In this document: positions 37,636 through 47,865 of the stretch, piece after piece
Position numbering within the stretch: position 1 is the stretch's first letter
Layout of the letters: each line of letters starts with the position of its first letter
Source of the DNA: Patescibacteria group bacterium UBA2135
Lineage (GTDB): Bacteria; Patescibacteriota; Minisyncoccia; Phycocordibacterales; UBA2135
DNA length: 64,000 bases
Direction of reading: 5' to 3'
Assembly (NCBI GenBank): GCA_002327685.1
Contig: DCXN01000003.1
Location: forward strand, 6,981 to 70,980
The notes under the pieces: generated by a model
Told to the model about the DNA's origin: nothing
What the model saw: the letters and a program-made list of their open reading frames with translations, nothing else
Database searches by the model: none
Program-made: the position numbers and the translations under genes

Positions 37636-38367
37636 GTGAACACATTCAAAGCACTTACTTTATTGGTGTTTCTTGCTATTTTTGCTTTTTCTCCAGTCCT
37701 TGCGGACGAAAGCAACACTATAGCTCCCACACAAGCAACGGATAAAACACCTTCCAGCTACGATCTGGTCAAAAAAATTTTAGGTAAGGATTTCCTTCCA
37801 CCAGAAGAAGTAACAAAAGCGCGCGGCTTCTATTATCTTAAGACACAGCTTGCTAAATTCAAAAAATCACTTCCTTCAAAAGAAGTGCTTGAGTGGCTCA
37901 AAGCAAACGACTATATGCTCGTTGCCGGTCCTCCGTACACACTCTCACTCTTGAGTATGCAAAGACGCGATGACACGCTATTCTATCACGATAGCGAAGA
38001 AGGATGGTACGCAAACTATAAAGAGAGATTTTTCTACGCCGACACCATCAGTCCAGGTTGGCTCGCGCTCCGTAAGTCATCAGTTCCCGGTTCAACGGAA
38101 AAAACATGGGGTGAACAGCAAGCATCACTTTCAGATAACGAACGCGTTCCAAACGCAGCGGAAGTCGCATGGGGATTGACGACATACCAAAAAGTCCGCG
38201 ACACATACCTCATGAGCGGTAATGTCTTGGTACGAACCTCGTCCGTGAGCTCCAGAGGTGTTCAAGTCTACGTTGGCGGCTTCGCCTCACACAAACTAGA
38301 CATCAACGACTGGAAAGGCGAGGCTCCCAATAGCCACTTAGGTGTTGCCGCCGCTCTAAAACTTTGA
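37636..38367 (+). CDS. Secreted protein with C-type-lectin-like (DGR-target-like) C-terminus
   Basis: GTG start after AGGAGA; signal peptide; RTSS...VYVG.F...LGVAAA. Confidence 0.7.
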   Translation: MNTFKALTLLVFLAIFAFSPVLADESNTIAPTQATDKTPSSYDLVKKILGKDFLPPEEVTKARGFYYLKTQLAKFKKSLPSKEVLEWLKANDYMLVAGPPYTLSLLSMQRRDDTLFYHDSEEGWYANYKERFFYADTISPGWLALRKSSVPGSTEKTWGEQQASLSDNERVPNAAEVAWGLTTYQKVRDTYLMSGNVLVRTSSVSSRGVQVYVGGFASHKLDINDWKGEAPNSHLGVAAALKL

Positions 38368-38458
38368 GCTTTGAATCCTCAAAGCTCAACCCTCAAACCC
38401 CCGAGCCCCGCTTTTAGCGGGGCTCTTTCCTTGATTGAAAAAATATCACCATGTGTGG

Positions 38459-39241
38459 CTAAACACTAAACACCCTCTTCGCATTCGCCACCAACACCTC
38501 CCGAACTTTCTCAAAATCCTCCCCACGAATTTCAGCGATTTTCTTTACCACTTCTTTAACATAAATCGGCTCATTTCGCCGACCACGATACGGAACCGGA
38601 GCAGCAAAAGGACAATCAGTTTCAGATAAGATTGACTCAAGCGGTAAACCACGCACCACATCATCATAGTCTGAAGTGAAAGTAATCACCCCGGGAAAAG
38701 AAATAGTAAAACCTAGTTCCACATATGCATTCGCCTCCGCAAGCGAACCGGTAAAAAAATGAATGTTGCCGAATAATTTTTCTCCATATATTTTTTTCTT
38801 CTCTTGAAGTATTGCTGTTGTTTCTGTATGCGCATCCCGACAGTGAATCATCAGTGATTTTCCTAACTCCACACCAAGTTCAACGTGTTGCATAAACACC
38901 TCTTTTTGTTTTTCAAGTTCTTTCTCACTCCACTCTTTAGTACGAAATAAATCAATTCCGCATTCACCAATCGCAACAACGCCCTCCTTCTGCGCAAGAG
39001 TTTTATAAAAACTTGTAGAAAATTCCTCTTTTAGAGCATCATTTGGATGAAGCCCCACAGCCGCGAATATTCCATCCTTCACAGAAATCATATCGCACGC
39101 CTTCTGCGATGATTCTTTATCAGTCCCAACAACAACAGTAGAGACACTTTCTTCTTTCATTCGTCCCAAAACCTCCGCCAAATCTTCGTCAAAACCGAAA
39201 AATTGAAGATGCGAATGTGTATCAAAATATTTTGGTATCAT
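38459..39241 (-). CDS. tatD: TatD family DNase
   Basis: DTHSH, GLHP, IGECG, IHCR, HFF, ETDCP. Confidence 0.95.
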   Translation of the reverse strand: MIPKYFDTHSHLQFFGFDEDLAEVLGRMKEESVSTVVVGTDKESSQKACDMISVKDGIFAAVGLHPNDALKEEFSTSFYKTLAQKEGVVAIGECGIDLFRTKEWSEKELEKQKEVFMQHVELGVELGKSLMIHCRDAHTETTAILQEKKKIYGEKLFGNIHFFTGSLAEANAYVELGFTISFPGVITFTSDYDDVVRGLPLESILSETDCPFAAPVPYRGRRNEPIYVKEVVKKIAEIRGEDFEKVREVLVANAKRVFSV

Positions 39242-39328
39242 ATTTAATTTTTTTTCTTTTTATCTATGGGCTAATTCGTGCGAATAAGCCCATAGATACT
39301 AGGATCACTCTTGCTCTGCATCGCTGAT

Positions 39329-39611
39329 AAAAAAGCTCCGCTGAAGCGGAGCAAGCCTTGTTTAACGCAAAGAGTTAAACTCATCGGTGGAAAGTCGCGC
39401 CGCTTCAACGGGGGAAATCCTCTCAACAGGGACTTCTCACTCCTCAGCGGTTGCCCAAAGGGGCTCGCGAACAATCCACCGACGCCGAAAAATGGTTCAT
39501 TCAAATTCGATAACAACAGATATTATAATCGCCCTAATTAATTGAATGCTCCTTTGGCTACATCGCTGGAGCAGGACGGGAAACTGCATCAGTGCTCACC
39601 TGCAAATATCC
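39329..39611 (-). ncRNA. Candidate ~280-nt structured RNA of unknown family
   Basis: Extended -10 TGnTACAAT (39618-39626), nested helices, terminator GCTCCGC..GCGGAGC-T6. Confidence 0.5.
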
Positions 39612-39811
39612 ATTGTCATTGTAACATAAAGCAATCAAATTTGTCAGGCAAAACTAACTAACTACTTACCATCCCAAACAAGCCTTGCAATATAAGGGTA
39701 TTTAGGAAGCAGACAAAATTTTCTTTTGTACTTTTTTGAAGTCACCCCTTCCACAAAAAAGGCCCCAAAGAATGCACACGCACTCTTTGGGGCTTAATTT
39801 ACATCCACTTG

Positions 39812-40132
39812 TCATATTCTATCCCCAGGCTTTTCTCTCTGAATATCTCTCCAGCCTTTCCCCTCCTCTATAGGGCAACTCATGCCTTTGGGAGTGGTAA
39901 GCATAATGGTGAAACTTCCTCCAGACGAGATGAAAACCTCTACCAAATTGCCTTTATTGCTAAGTCCGACAGACTTCAGCGCTTCCGAATGTTCCTTTTT
40001 TAGAAATGCGATGACTCTTTTACGTTCGTAGCAATCAATACTAAAACCAGTGTTTGCCGGCGCCGCACAACCATATATTAAAAACAAGAACAACACAACG
40101 AATAAACACCTCATTTCCCTTCTCCTAGCCAA
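39812..40132 (-). CDS. Small lipoprotein-like hypothetical protein
   Basis: IYGC lipobox-like; LVEVFISSGGSFTI..T.P.G.SC. Confidence 0.7.
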   Translation of the reverse strand: MARRREMRCLFVVLFLFLIYGCAAPANTGFSIDCYERKRVIAFLKKEHSEALKSVGLSNKGNLVEVFISSGGSFTIMLTTPKGMSCPIEEGKGWRDIQREKPGDRI

Positions 40133-40171
40133 AATTTACGAACTACAACTAACTACTTTCAGTATGTCAAA

Positions 40172-41662
40172 TTAATCCGCTTTTATCAATACAGTCGGAA
40201 TTCTTACAAACAACGGTTCAGGCGCTTTATTTTCCGCAATCGCTTTTTTAATTTTCTCTGCCGTTTCGGGCAAAAATGGCATTAACATACGCGCAACACC
40301 CATTAGCCCATTCACGAGATACACAATGTCGTTTTTTGCTTTATCTTCATCTTCTTTTATTGTTTTAAACGGTTGAGTCTCTTGAACATAAACATCAAGT
40401 TCACCAATTCGCTTCCAGATAATATCAGCTGTTTTTTGAATTTCATACTGCCCCATCAATTGTTCATATTCCCCTTTCGTTACTTCACTCCAGCCTGAGG
40501 CTGGTCCGCCTTGGGCGGAAAATGTCCCGTCACCGACAACGACAGGTTCTTGAAGATGTGTCTCCGCCATTTTCATAACTCTGCTCACTAAATTTCCCAA
40601 ACCGTTGGCAAGGTTCGCATTATACACTTCTCTAAATTTTTCCATTGTGAAGTCAGAATCTTCAAACGGATGAACGTGACGAGCAAGATAATACCGAAGA
40701 GCATCAGTTCCGTATTCATCAATAATTTTGAATGGGTCAACAACATTGCCAATACTTTTGCTCATTTTCTCTCCCCCGCTGGTAATAAAGCCGTGAATGA
40801 CAATTTGTTTTGATGGAGATAATCCGGCAGACAAAAGCATTGCTTGCCACATTGCCGCCTGCTGACGAATTTGATCTTTCCCCGCAAGTTGTACAACTGG
40901 CCACCACATTTCAAACTTTTTCATGTCATCAGGCCAGCCAACTGTAGAGATATAATTAACAAGCGCGTCAAACCAAACAAACATCACATGCTCATCATCC
41001 CCAGGCACAGCAACTCCCCATGGCATTTTTTCCTTTAATCGTGAAATACTGAAGTCCTTTAAGCCGCGCTCTGCAAGCGCTTTTATTTCATTAAAACGAA
41101 AATCTGGAACAACAAAATCCGGCTGTCTTTCGTAAAGTTCCAATAATGGTTTTTGATATTTTGAAAAACGAAAAAAATAATTTTCCTCGTCAATTATTTC
41201 AAGCTCCTGATTAGAATGAAGCGAACAACATCCTTTTTCATTTAATTCTGAATCAGTTTTTTCTAATTCACATCCAACGCAATATTTTACTTTGTAATTC
41301 TTCTTATAAATATCTCCACTTGCATCGCAACGTTTCCAAAATTCCTGCGCCGCTTTTTTATGACGCTCATCTGTTGTCCGTATAAAATTAAGCCCTTCCC
41401 ATAAATTAAGCGCAGGCTGTAAACGTTTGAATTTTTCCGCATACTCATCCACATACGCCTGCGGTTCAACTCCACCCTCTTGCGCCTTCCTATAAATTTT
41501 TATTCCATGCTCATCCGTTCCCGTATTAAAAAAAACTTCATCTCCATTAAGGACATGATAACGAGCAAGTATATCAGCAGACACAATCTCTAAAGCAAAA
41601 CCGACGTGAGGATCGGCATTTACGTACGGTAGAGTCGTTGTAATGTAAAAGGATTTTTCCAT
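40172..41662 (-). CDS. metG: Methionine--tRNA ligase
   Basis: YVNADPHVG, GTDEHG, VWFDAL, KMSKS; start at MEKSF. Confidence 0.97.
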   Translation of the reverse strand: MEKSFYITTTLPYVNADPHVGFALEIVSADILARYHVLNGDEVFFNTGTDEHGIKIYRKAQEGGVEPQAYVDEYAEKFKRLQPALNLWEGLNFIRTTDERHKKAAQEFWKRCDASGDIYKKNYKVKYCVGCELEKTDSELNEKGCCSLHSNQELEIIDEENYFFRFSKYQKPLLELYERQPDFVVPDFRFNEIKALAERGLKDFSISRLKEKMPWGVAVPGDDEHVMFVWFDALVNYISTVGWPDDMKKFEMWWPVVQLAGKDQIRQQAAMWQAMLLSAGLSPSKQIVIHGFITSGGEKMSKSIGNVVDPFKIIDEYGTDALRYYLARHVHPFEDSDFTMEKFREVYNANLANGLGNLVSRVMKMAETHLQEPVVVGDGTFSAQGGPASGWSEVTKGEYEQLMGQYEIQKTADIIWKRIGELDVYVQETQPFKTIKEDEDKAKNDIVYLVNGLMGVARMLMPFLPETAEKIKKAIAENKAPEPLFVRIPTVLIKAD

Positions 41663-41666
41663 TCCA

Positions 41667-42764
41667 TTACGTTTTTTTACTAGACCGTCTCTCTTCCTTT
41701 TCAAGACGCTTTTCTTCTTCAAGCTTGTCTTGTTTATCTTTTTGAATGTCGTCAGTAAATTCAACAAGGGCAGCCGCAATCGGTACCGCAAGGATAATTC
41801 CTAAAAGCCCTGCAAGTTCTGCTCCGACAATAAGCGAAATGATAACTAAAATAGGAGAAACACCAACAACTTTTCTCACAACCAACGGATAAATCAGGTG
41901 GTTTTCAAATTGTTGAATAATAACATAAAGTCCAATAACCATAAGCCCTAGAGAAAAGCTTTGAAGAAAACCTAAAGCAATAGCTGGTATGGAGGCAAGA
42001 ATAGGGCCAAACAACGGAATTAATTCAAACAACGCCGCAAGTACCGCAAGTAAAAGCGCGTACGGTACCCCTAAAATAGTGAGTCCTAAATAGACCAAAA
42101 CACCAATAATAACACCCAGAAGAAGTTGTCCCTGCATCCATTTGCCGATTTTCATTTGCGAGCGATTCCACAGGTCCACTATATATTTTTCATGATGCAA
42201 CGGTGTAATGAGACGAAGAAAATTCTCAATTCCTTTTTTTTGAACTGCAAGATAAAAAGATATAACAATAATAAGTACGAAACTAAAAAGACCACCGAAG
42301 ACAGCGCTTAGAGACTGAACAAGCCCACCAGAAATACCTGTAGCAACATTTCTCAATTCTGCAACTGTCTCTTGAATTGAAAATTCCTGTGAAAATTGCT
42401 CAATAAAGGACTGTCCGCTTAAGAACCCACCGGCTTCTGGCGCAAAGAAAGTCAATGACTCAACATATTGCGGAAATGAGGAAAGAAGACCCGATGTCTC
42501 GTTAAGGAGAGGTGGTAGAAAGAGATAAAAGATTCCAATTAAAACAATTGCAAAAAAGAGATAGATAAAAATGACTGCCAAAACACGCGGTATCTTATAT
42601 CGCTCAAACAATTTTGTCATGGGTTCAATTGCTGATGCAATAACAACAGCAGTGAGAAGCACAAGAACAAGATCGCGCAAAATATATAAAACAACAAAAA
42701 GGAGCGCAACTAAAATTGCCTTGAAAAATGCAGCCGCATTGATGTTAATAGTCGTATTTCCCAT
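41667..42764 (-). CDS. AI-2E family transporter
   Basis: Multi-TM; LIP.FGP, QQFENH.I.P. Confidence 0.9.
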   Translation of the reverse strand: MGNTTININAAAFFKAILVALLFVVLYILRDLVLVLLTAVVIASAIEPMTKLFERYKIPRVLAVIFIYLFFAIVLIGIFYLFLPPLLNETSGLLSSFPQYVESLTFFAPEAGGFLSGQSFIEQFSQEFSIQETVAELRNVATGISGGLVQSLSAVFGGLFSFVLIIVISFYLAVQKKGIENFLRLITPLHHEKYIVDLWNRSQMKIGKWMQGQLLLGVIIGVLVYLGLTILGVPYALLLAVLAALFELIPLFGPILASIPAIALGFLQSFSLGLMVIGLYVIIQQFENHLIYPLVVRKVVGVSPILVIISLIVGAELAGLLGIILAVPIAAALVEFTDDIQKDKQDKLEEEKRLEKEERRSSKKT

Positions 42765-42811
42765 TATTTATACTTTATCACACGAAGATACTCCCGCATA
42801 GGGATATTTCA

Positions 42812-44092
42812 CTACAGACTTTTCGCGAGCAAGGAAAGAAATTGCTTATCGTCTTTTGCGGCAATAGGCCCAATAAGCGCGAGGCTCCCTTTCTCCGGTT
42901 TAAATATATCCTTAGCAATTCTTTTCACATCGCTAGCAGAAACCGCCTGTATATCTCGCGCGCGCTCCTGTGGCGTTTTTAATTTCTTCACCATCACTTC
43001 TTCAAGCCCATAGAATTGCGCGCGGGCATGCGAAGTCTCAAGGGATGAAAACAAATTGCCTGTGAGATAATTTTTCACTTTTTTTAATTCCGCTTCAGAA
43101 ACTAAATCTTGTTTTATCAAACGCACTTCATCTAAAATCGCATGGAGTATTTCCGTCACTCGTTTGTTATCAACACCCGTATATATTGTCAGAAGCCCAT
43201 GGTCAGTCAGCGCATCATGTTCAGCGCCGATGTAATACCCCGCGCCCAGCTGATCACGAATACGATGAAACAAACGCGAACTCATACCGCCACCCAACAC
43301 AGCCGCCAGAACAGAAAGCGCGGCATTGTCTTTGTGCCCCGCGCGATATCCGCGAAACCCAAGTGCGAGATGCGTCTGGCTTGTTTTTTTATGCTTGATA
43401 AATACTCGCGGTTTATCCTGCGCATCTTTTGTTTTTTCTTTTTTACCCTTTCTTGATGTGGAAATGTCAGAGAACGCATTTTGTACCGCGCGAACAACTC
43501 CTTTTTCGTCATATTTCCCCGCGACAACAACAACCGTTGAGGAAGCAACATAATGCTCTTGTTTGTACGAAACTATATCTTCACGTTTTATTCGCCGCAC
43601 AGTATCACGAGTTCCTGCGATTGGCCATCCGGCCGGCTGATTACCATACAACAAATCGGTCAAAACGTCCCAAATGTCCCGCCGTGGATCATCTTCGTAC
43701 ATTTCAATCTCGCCAACAATAACACCTCGTTCCTTTTCAATCTCTTCTTTAGGAAGTGTAGAATTAAGATAAATGTCTGACAGCACATCAAGAACGCGCT
43801 TGAGGTGCCGTGACTCTGTTTTTGCGTAATATCCGGTATATTCAAGGCCTGTAAAAGCATTATACTGCGCGCCAAGACCGTCAAGTTCTTCCGAAATAGC
43901 TTTTGAACTCGGCCTTTTTACAGTACCCTTAAAACAAAGATGCTCCAAAAAATGCGAGATACCGTTAATACGTTTTGTTTCGTATTTAGAACCAGTTTCA
44001 GTTAACACCAAAACAGTCGTGGTAAGACTGTTTTTCATGGGAACTAAAATAACCCGCACACCATTTTTCAATGTTTTCTTTTTAAATTTCAT
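42812..44092 (-). CDS. M16 (pitrilysin) family zinc peptidase
   Basis: HFLEH, NAFT, GGGMSSRLF. Confidence 0.93.
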   Translation of the reverse strand: MKFKKKTLKNGVRVILVPMKNSLTTTVLVLTETGSKYETKRINGISHFLEHLCFKGTVKRPSSKAISEELDGLGAQYNAFTGLEYTGYYAKTESRHLKRVLDVLSDIYLNSTLPKEEIEKERGVIVGEIEMYEDDPRRDIWDVLTDLLYGNQPAGWPIAGTRDTVRRIKREDIVSYKQEHYVASSTVVVVAGKYDEKGVVRAVQNAFSDISTSRKGKKEKTKDAQDKPRVFIKHKKTSQTHLALGFRGYRAGHKDNAALSVLAAVLGGGMSSRLFHRIRDQLGAGYYIGAEHDALTDHGLLTIYTGVDNKRVTEILHAILDEVRLIKQDLVSEAELKKVKNYLTGNLFSSLETSHARAQFYGLEEVMVKKLKTPQERARDIQAVSASDVKRIAKDIFKPEKGSLALIGPIAAKDDKQFLSLLAKSL

Positions 44093-44223
44093 CCCGTTAG
44101 AGGTAGGACACGGTCTCCGTAAACCAACCCTACATAATTAAACTTTTGAATTTTTAAACTTTTAAATCTTTAAATAATATGTGCTATGTATGTTCCCATA
44201 ATGACCATGGCTTCGTACGGGAT

Positions 44224-45594
44224 TCATCGTAATTTTGTTGTCAATTCTTTAACAGAAACTCGCTCCTGTTTTCCAGTATCCCTATCACGCACCGTCACAC
44301 TGTCATTTTCAAGAGTTTCAAAATCAATCGTAACGCAATTCGGCGTACCAATCTCATCCTGCCGACGATAGCGTTTACCAATATTCCCATTATCGTCCCA
44401 CATTATTTCAGGAATTTCTTTTTTCAACGCACCAAAAACTTCTTCTGCTTTTTTTACTAATTCCGGCTTATTGCGCATAAGAGGAAAGACAGCCGCTTTA
44501 ATAGGGGCAATGCTTGGCTTCAAACGCAACACAACTCTTTTCTCGCCGTTCATTTCGTCTTCATCGTAACTCTCCGCAAGCACCGCAAGTATTGTGCGAT
44601 CCAACCCCGCAGATGTTTCAACAACATAAGGAATATAACGCTCTTTCGTTTCTTCGTCCATCACCCTGAAATCAACTCCTGAAAACTTTTGATGTTGAGT
44701 AAGATCATAATCACCACGATTATGAACACCCTCAAGTTCATCCCAACCAAACGGATATTTATACTGTATATCCCAGGCGTCTCTTGCATAAAATACCAAA
44801 TGTTCATGTTGCTTCCATCGTAAGTTTTCCTTTTTTATACCAAGATCAATATAATATTGCATACGCTCTTTCTTCCAGTCTTCGTATGCTTTTTCCGCAT
44901 CGCGTGGATGTACAAAATACTGCATTTCCATCTGCTCAAATTCGCGTTTTCTAAAAAGAAATTGTCGCGGACTGATTTCGTTTCTAAATACTTTACCGAC
45001 TTGAGCAATACCAAAAGGAACATTATAAAAACCGGTATTCAGTACATTTTTAAAATTAATAAAAATACCCTGCGCAGTCTCCCCGCGAAGATACGCTTCT
45101 TCGTCTTCTTCCTCAAATTTTCCAAGTGTGGAGGTCGCTAAAAGATTTTTCTGCACAACCTTTCCAAAATTTTTCTTTCCACATACCGGGCATTTGAGTT
45201 TCTCTCGGTTAGTATCAAATAATTCATTCAACTCTGTTTCAGACATTTTTTCATCTGCCTGCACATCTACACTTTCCAAAAGATGATCCGCTCGCAACTT
45301 ACTATGGCAAGAAAAACACACAACCAGCGGATCATTGAAGCCTGACACATGTCCGCTTGCTTCCCACACTTTGGGTGAAGTAAAAATACTTGAATCAAGA
45401 AAAGCCATTTTCCCATGCATCCGCATCGTGCGCATCCACGCATTTACTATATTCTGCCGAAGCGCTACTCCGTGATGCCCATAGTCATACATTCCGGCAA
45501 ATCCGCCATAAATCTCTGACCCTTGAAATACAAAACCCCGCCTTTTAGTAAGACTTACTATTTTGTCTAATTTGGATAAATTGTTGTTTTCCAT
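44224..45594 (-). CDS. glyQS: Glycine--tRNA ligase (alpha2 type)
   Basis: LRGETAQG, FRNEISP, EFEQME, IGKRYRRQDEIGTP. Confidence 0.97.
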   Translation of the reverse strand: MENNNLSKLDKIVSLTKRRGFVFQGSEIYGGFAGMYDYGHHGVALRQNIVNAWMRTMRMHGKMAFLDSSIFTSPKVWEASGHVSGFNDPLVVCFSCHSKLRADHLLESVDVQADEKMSETELNELFDTNREKLKCPVCGKKNFGKVVQKNLLATSTLGKFEEEDEEAYLRGETAQGIFINFKNVLNTGFYNVPFGIAQVGKVFRNEISPRQFLFRKREFEQMEMQYFVHPRDAEKAYEDWKKERMQYYIDLGIKKENLRWKQHEHLVFYARDAWDIQYKYPFGWDELEGVHNRGDYDLTQHQKFSGVDFRVMDEETKERYIPYVVETSAGLDRTILAVLAESYDEDEMNGEKRVVLRLKPSIAPIKAAVFPLMRNKPELVKKAEEVFGALKKEIPEIMWDDNGNIGKRYRRQDEIGTPNCVTIDFETLENDSVTVRDRDTGKQERVSVKELTTKLR

Positions 45595-45737
45595 ACGCAG
45601 TTTTAATGCACACATCGGCGAGGCTCGCCTCTTAGGCGGCCCGCCTTTTGGCAAGTGAAACTATTTTTGATAATTTATCCATAAATTGCTTACAACTTTC
45701 AACTGTTTCTATGGCGAAAATTAAATCATCACGGTTT

Positions 45738-45879
45738 CGTTGTTCGTCATAGGTCGTAGGTCGTTCGTTGTAGGTCGTTCGTTGTAGGTTGTTTGTCGTA
45801 GGTCGTTCGTTGTAGGTCGTTCGTTGTAGGTTGTTTGTTGTAGGTTGTTTGTTGTAGGTTGTTTGTTGTAGGTTGTTTG
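45738..45879. repeat. Tandem heptamer array (GTYGTAG/GTYGTTY)
   Basis: More than 15 7-mers directly after the stop codon of the upstream gene. Confidence 0.9.
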
Positions 45880-47808
45880 TTACTCGTCTTTAGGCAACAC
45901 TACCTTCCCCTGACTAAAAATAAAGTTCGGGTCAGTGCTAAGCGAAGTATCAAGCGCCTTACTTGAAAGACGCGCGACTGTCTCTGTAAACTCATCAACT
46001 CCTGAAAACGTTGACTCACCAATTACCGTCGGAGTCTGGTTGAGATGCGACAAGCTTGGCATAAGTTTTACCTGAAATGCAACCTCTCGCGGCGGCAATG
46101 TCATACCCGACCCCGCCTCAAGCCGATCAATGTTCCATACCACTTCGCGAGACGATTCATTGTATGAAATATTTTCACTCATTGGCGTAAAAACTCCCAC
46201 CCATTTAACATAAGGAGGTAAAACTGCTTTGACCATTGAGCGAGAGACATGATTTGACGAATTAACAGCCGTAAAAACAACTGTGTATGTTGTTTCGCGC
46301 TCAACTTCCGGCGGTACAGGACCTGTGTTTATAAACGGTCCAACAAAATATACCATACGAGACGTAAATACAACATCAGAGGCAATTTTAATCGTACGCT
46401 CAATTGAATTTTCAACTCGCTCATCAACGCCTGACTCCGAAAGTCGCTTACCACTTGTAGTTACAACAATATCAACAGTTGGATTTTTAAATAGTGAACC
46501 GCTTGTGGTAAAAAGCGGCTGCAACGCAAACCGAAAACTTGTTCTTCCCTGCGCGCCAGACTCAATGTCCGCAAGATCCGGCAGTGAATTCTTATCCCAC
46601 AAAATCGTGTTATCAGCTGAATCAAAGAATCCATTACGCGGCTTCACTGAAAGTTCATTAATAACATCACCTGAAAGCTTTGCTTCAATGCGCGCGTCAA
46701 CAATTTTGGTCGGCAAGTTATTTGTCCATACGACCTCAACGTCAACAAGCGAGCCGCTTCCCACAGCTGGTTCTTTTCTTGTTTCTCCATTGACAAACAA
46801 AAGCGTACTCAAGAAAGGGCGCGCAATTGAAATAGTAGATATTGATGTATTGTATGTAACCCCGAGTTCATTTTCTTTCTCTTTGGATTTAGCGCCGCTT
46901 GAAACCCGGAATACTTTCTCTTCCCCATCTTGCCCTTCAAGAATTCCGCGAACAACAATCACGCGCCGTGCCCGCGGCGCCAAATCACCAATAAGCCATT
47001 TGTTATCGCCAGATACGGCCTGCGGCTCAGCCCCAAGAAATGAAAAACCAAACGGATAGTCTATCTCGACAGCAAGATCACGAGTTATTATGTCGGTATT
47101 TGATATGACTGTAGCTTTAATTTCAAATTCCTGCCCTGCCACCGCTTCAGAAAGTGTCTCTACGGTAAGGCTGGTAGCAGAAGAGCTGATATGTATTTCA
47201 TGTTCTTTTTCTTTTACAAAAATGGCATTAGAATCTTCTACTCTATACTCAAGTGTAATATTAAATTTCTTTTCATCTCCTTCTTGTCCAAACAATACAA
47301 GCCGCAAAGGTTCTTCAATAACCTCCCCTGCTTCAATACGATCAAGCGATTTACGAAAGTTGGAAAGTTCTGTTTTAAGTTTGCCAACACTTCTTGTTCC
47401 TTGCGGATATTCAACCAAAAAATCAACAAATTCAAGAGGGACACTATTGTTATTTTCAATTACAATTTGGAGTTGCACTTCTTCACCCGCGGGCGCCGCA
47501 ACAGGGCCTGAAACAAGAATGTCCACATTTTTTGTGGAGATAACATTAGAATCACGCAGCAAAACAAATGAAGCAACAATCATCGCAAGAACAAAAAAGA
47601 GTATTGAGATAATGAAAAATTTTTTCCAGAATGGCATGATTGGTTTTTTTGCGTCCGCAGGATCCGCTTCTTCGGCTTCCCACCCGCTTTCACCCTCCCC
47701 GTCATGTGTATGAAGCTCAAAGCGTTCACTTGGAGGCAAATTCGCGCCACGCCTATACAAAGACTTTTTAAGCCGCTCTATCTTCCCCTCTTTTTTCACC
47801 TTAGACAT
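45880..47808 (-). CDS. Membrane-anchored multi-Ig-like domain protein
   Basis: One TM then beta-rich domains; NTGPVPP motif. Confidence 0.8.
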   Translation of the reverse strand: MSKVKKEGKIERLKKSLYRRGANLPPSERFELHTHDGEGESGWEAEEADPADAKKPIMPFWKKFFIISILFFVLAMIVASFVLLRDSNVISTKNVDILVSGPVAAPAGEEVQLQIVIENNNSVPLEFVDFLVEYPQGTRSVGKLKTELSNFRKSLDRIEAGEVIEEPLRLVLFGQEGDEKKFNITLEYRVEDSNAIFVKEKEHEIHISSSATSLTVETLSEAVAGQEFEIKATVISNTDIITRDLAVEIDYPFGFSFLGAEPQAVSGDNKWLIGDLAPRARRVIVVRGILEGQDGEEKVFRVSSGAKSKEKENELGVTYNTSISTISIARPFLSTLLFVNGETRKEPAVGSGSLVDVEVVWTNNLPTKIVDARIEAKLSGDVINELSVKPRNGFFDSADNTILWDKNSLPDLADIESGAQGRTSFRFALQPLFTTSGSLFKNPTVDIVVTTSGKRLSESGVDERVENSIERTIKIASDVVFTSRMVYFVGPFINTGPVPPEVERETTYTVVFTAVNSSNHVSRSMVKAVLPPYVKWVGVFTPMSENISYNESSREVVWNIDRLEAGSGMTLPPREVAFQVKLMPSLSHLNQTPTVIGESTFSGVDEFTETVARLSSKALDTSLSTDPNFIFSQGKVVLPKDE

Positions 47809-47865
47809 TACACTTCATTATAGCATTGAATAAGCAAGGTACTAGGTTTTAAGCTAATCGCGCCG

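Noticed and set aside
39271-39541. ORFs 39271-39516 (-) and 39311-39541 (+)
   Set aside because: They run through a terminator and hairpins, with no clear RBS or recognisable motif.
39329-39611. RNase P, tmRNA or SAM-I identity
   Set aside because: Only partial motifs (GGAAAGTC, GCAACC) without the required partner elements.
41663-41791. N-terminal extension of metG (and similarly glyQS 45595-45654)
   Set aside because: The extensions overlap the upstream gene or repeat DNA; conserved sequence begins at the downstream Met.
17259-47713. Long antisense ORFs opposite real genes (e.g. 17826-18413, 27204-27908, 46283-47059, 47090-47713)
   Set aside because: Shadow frames of well-supported genes, with biased composition and no motifs.
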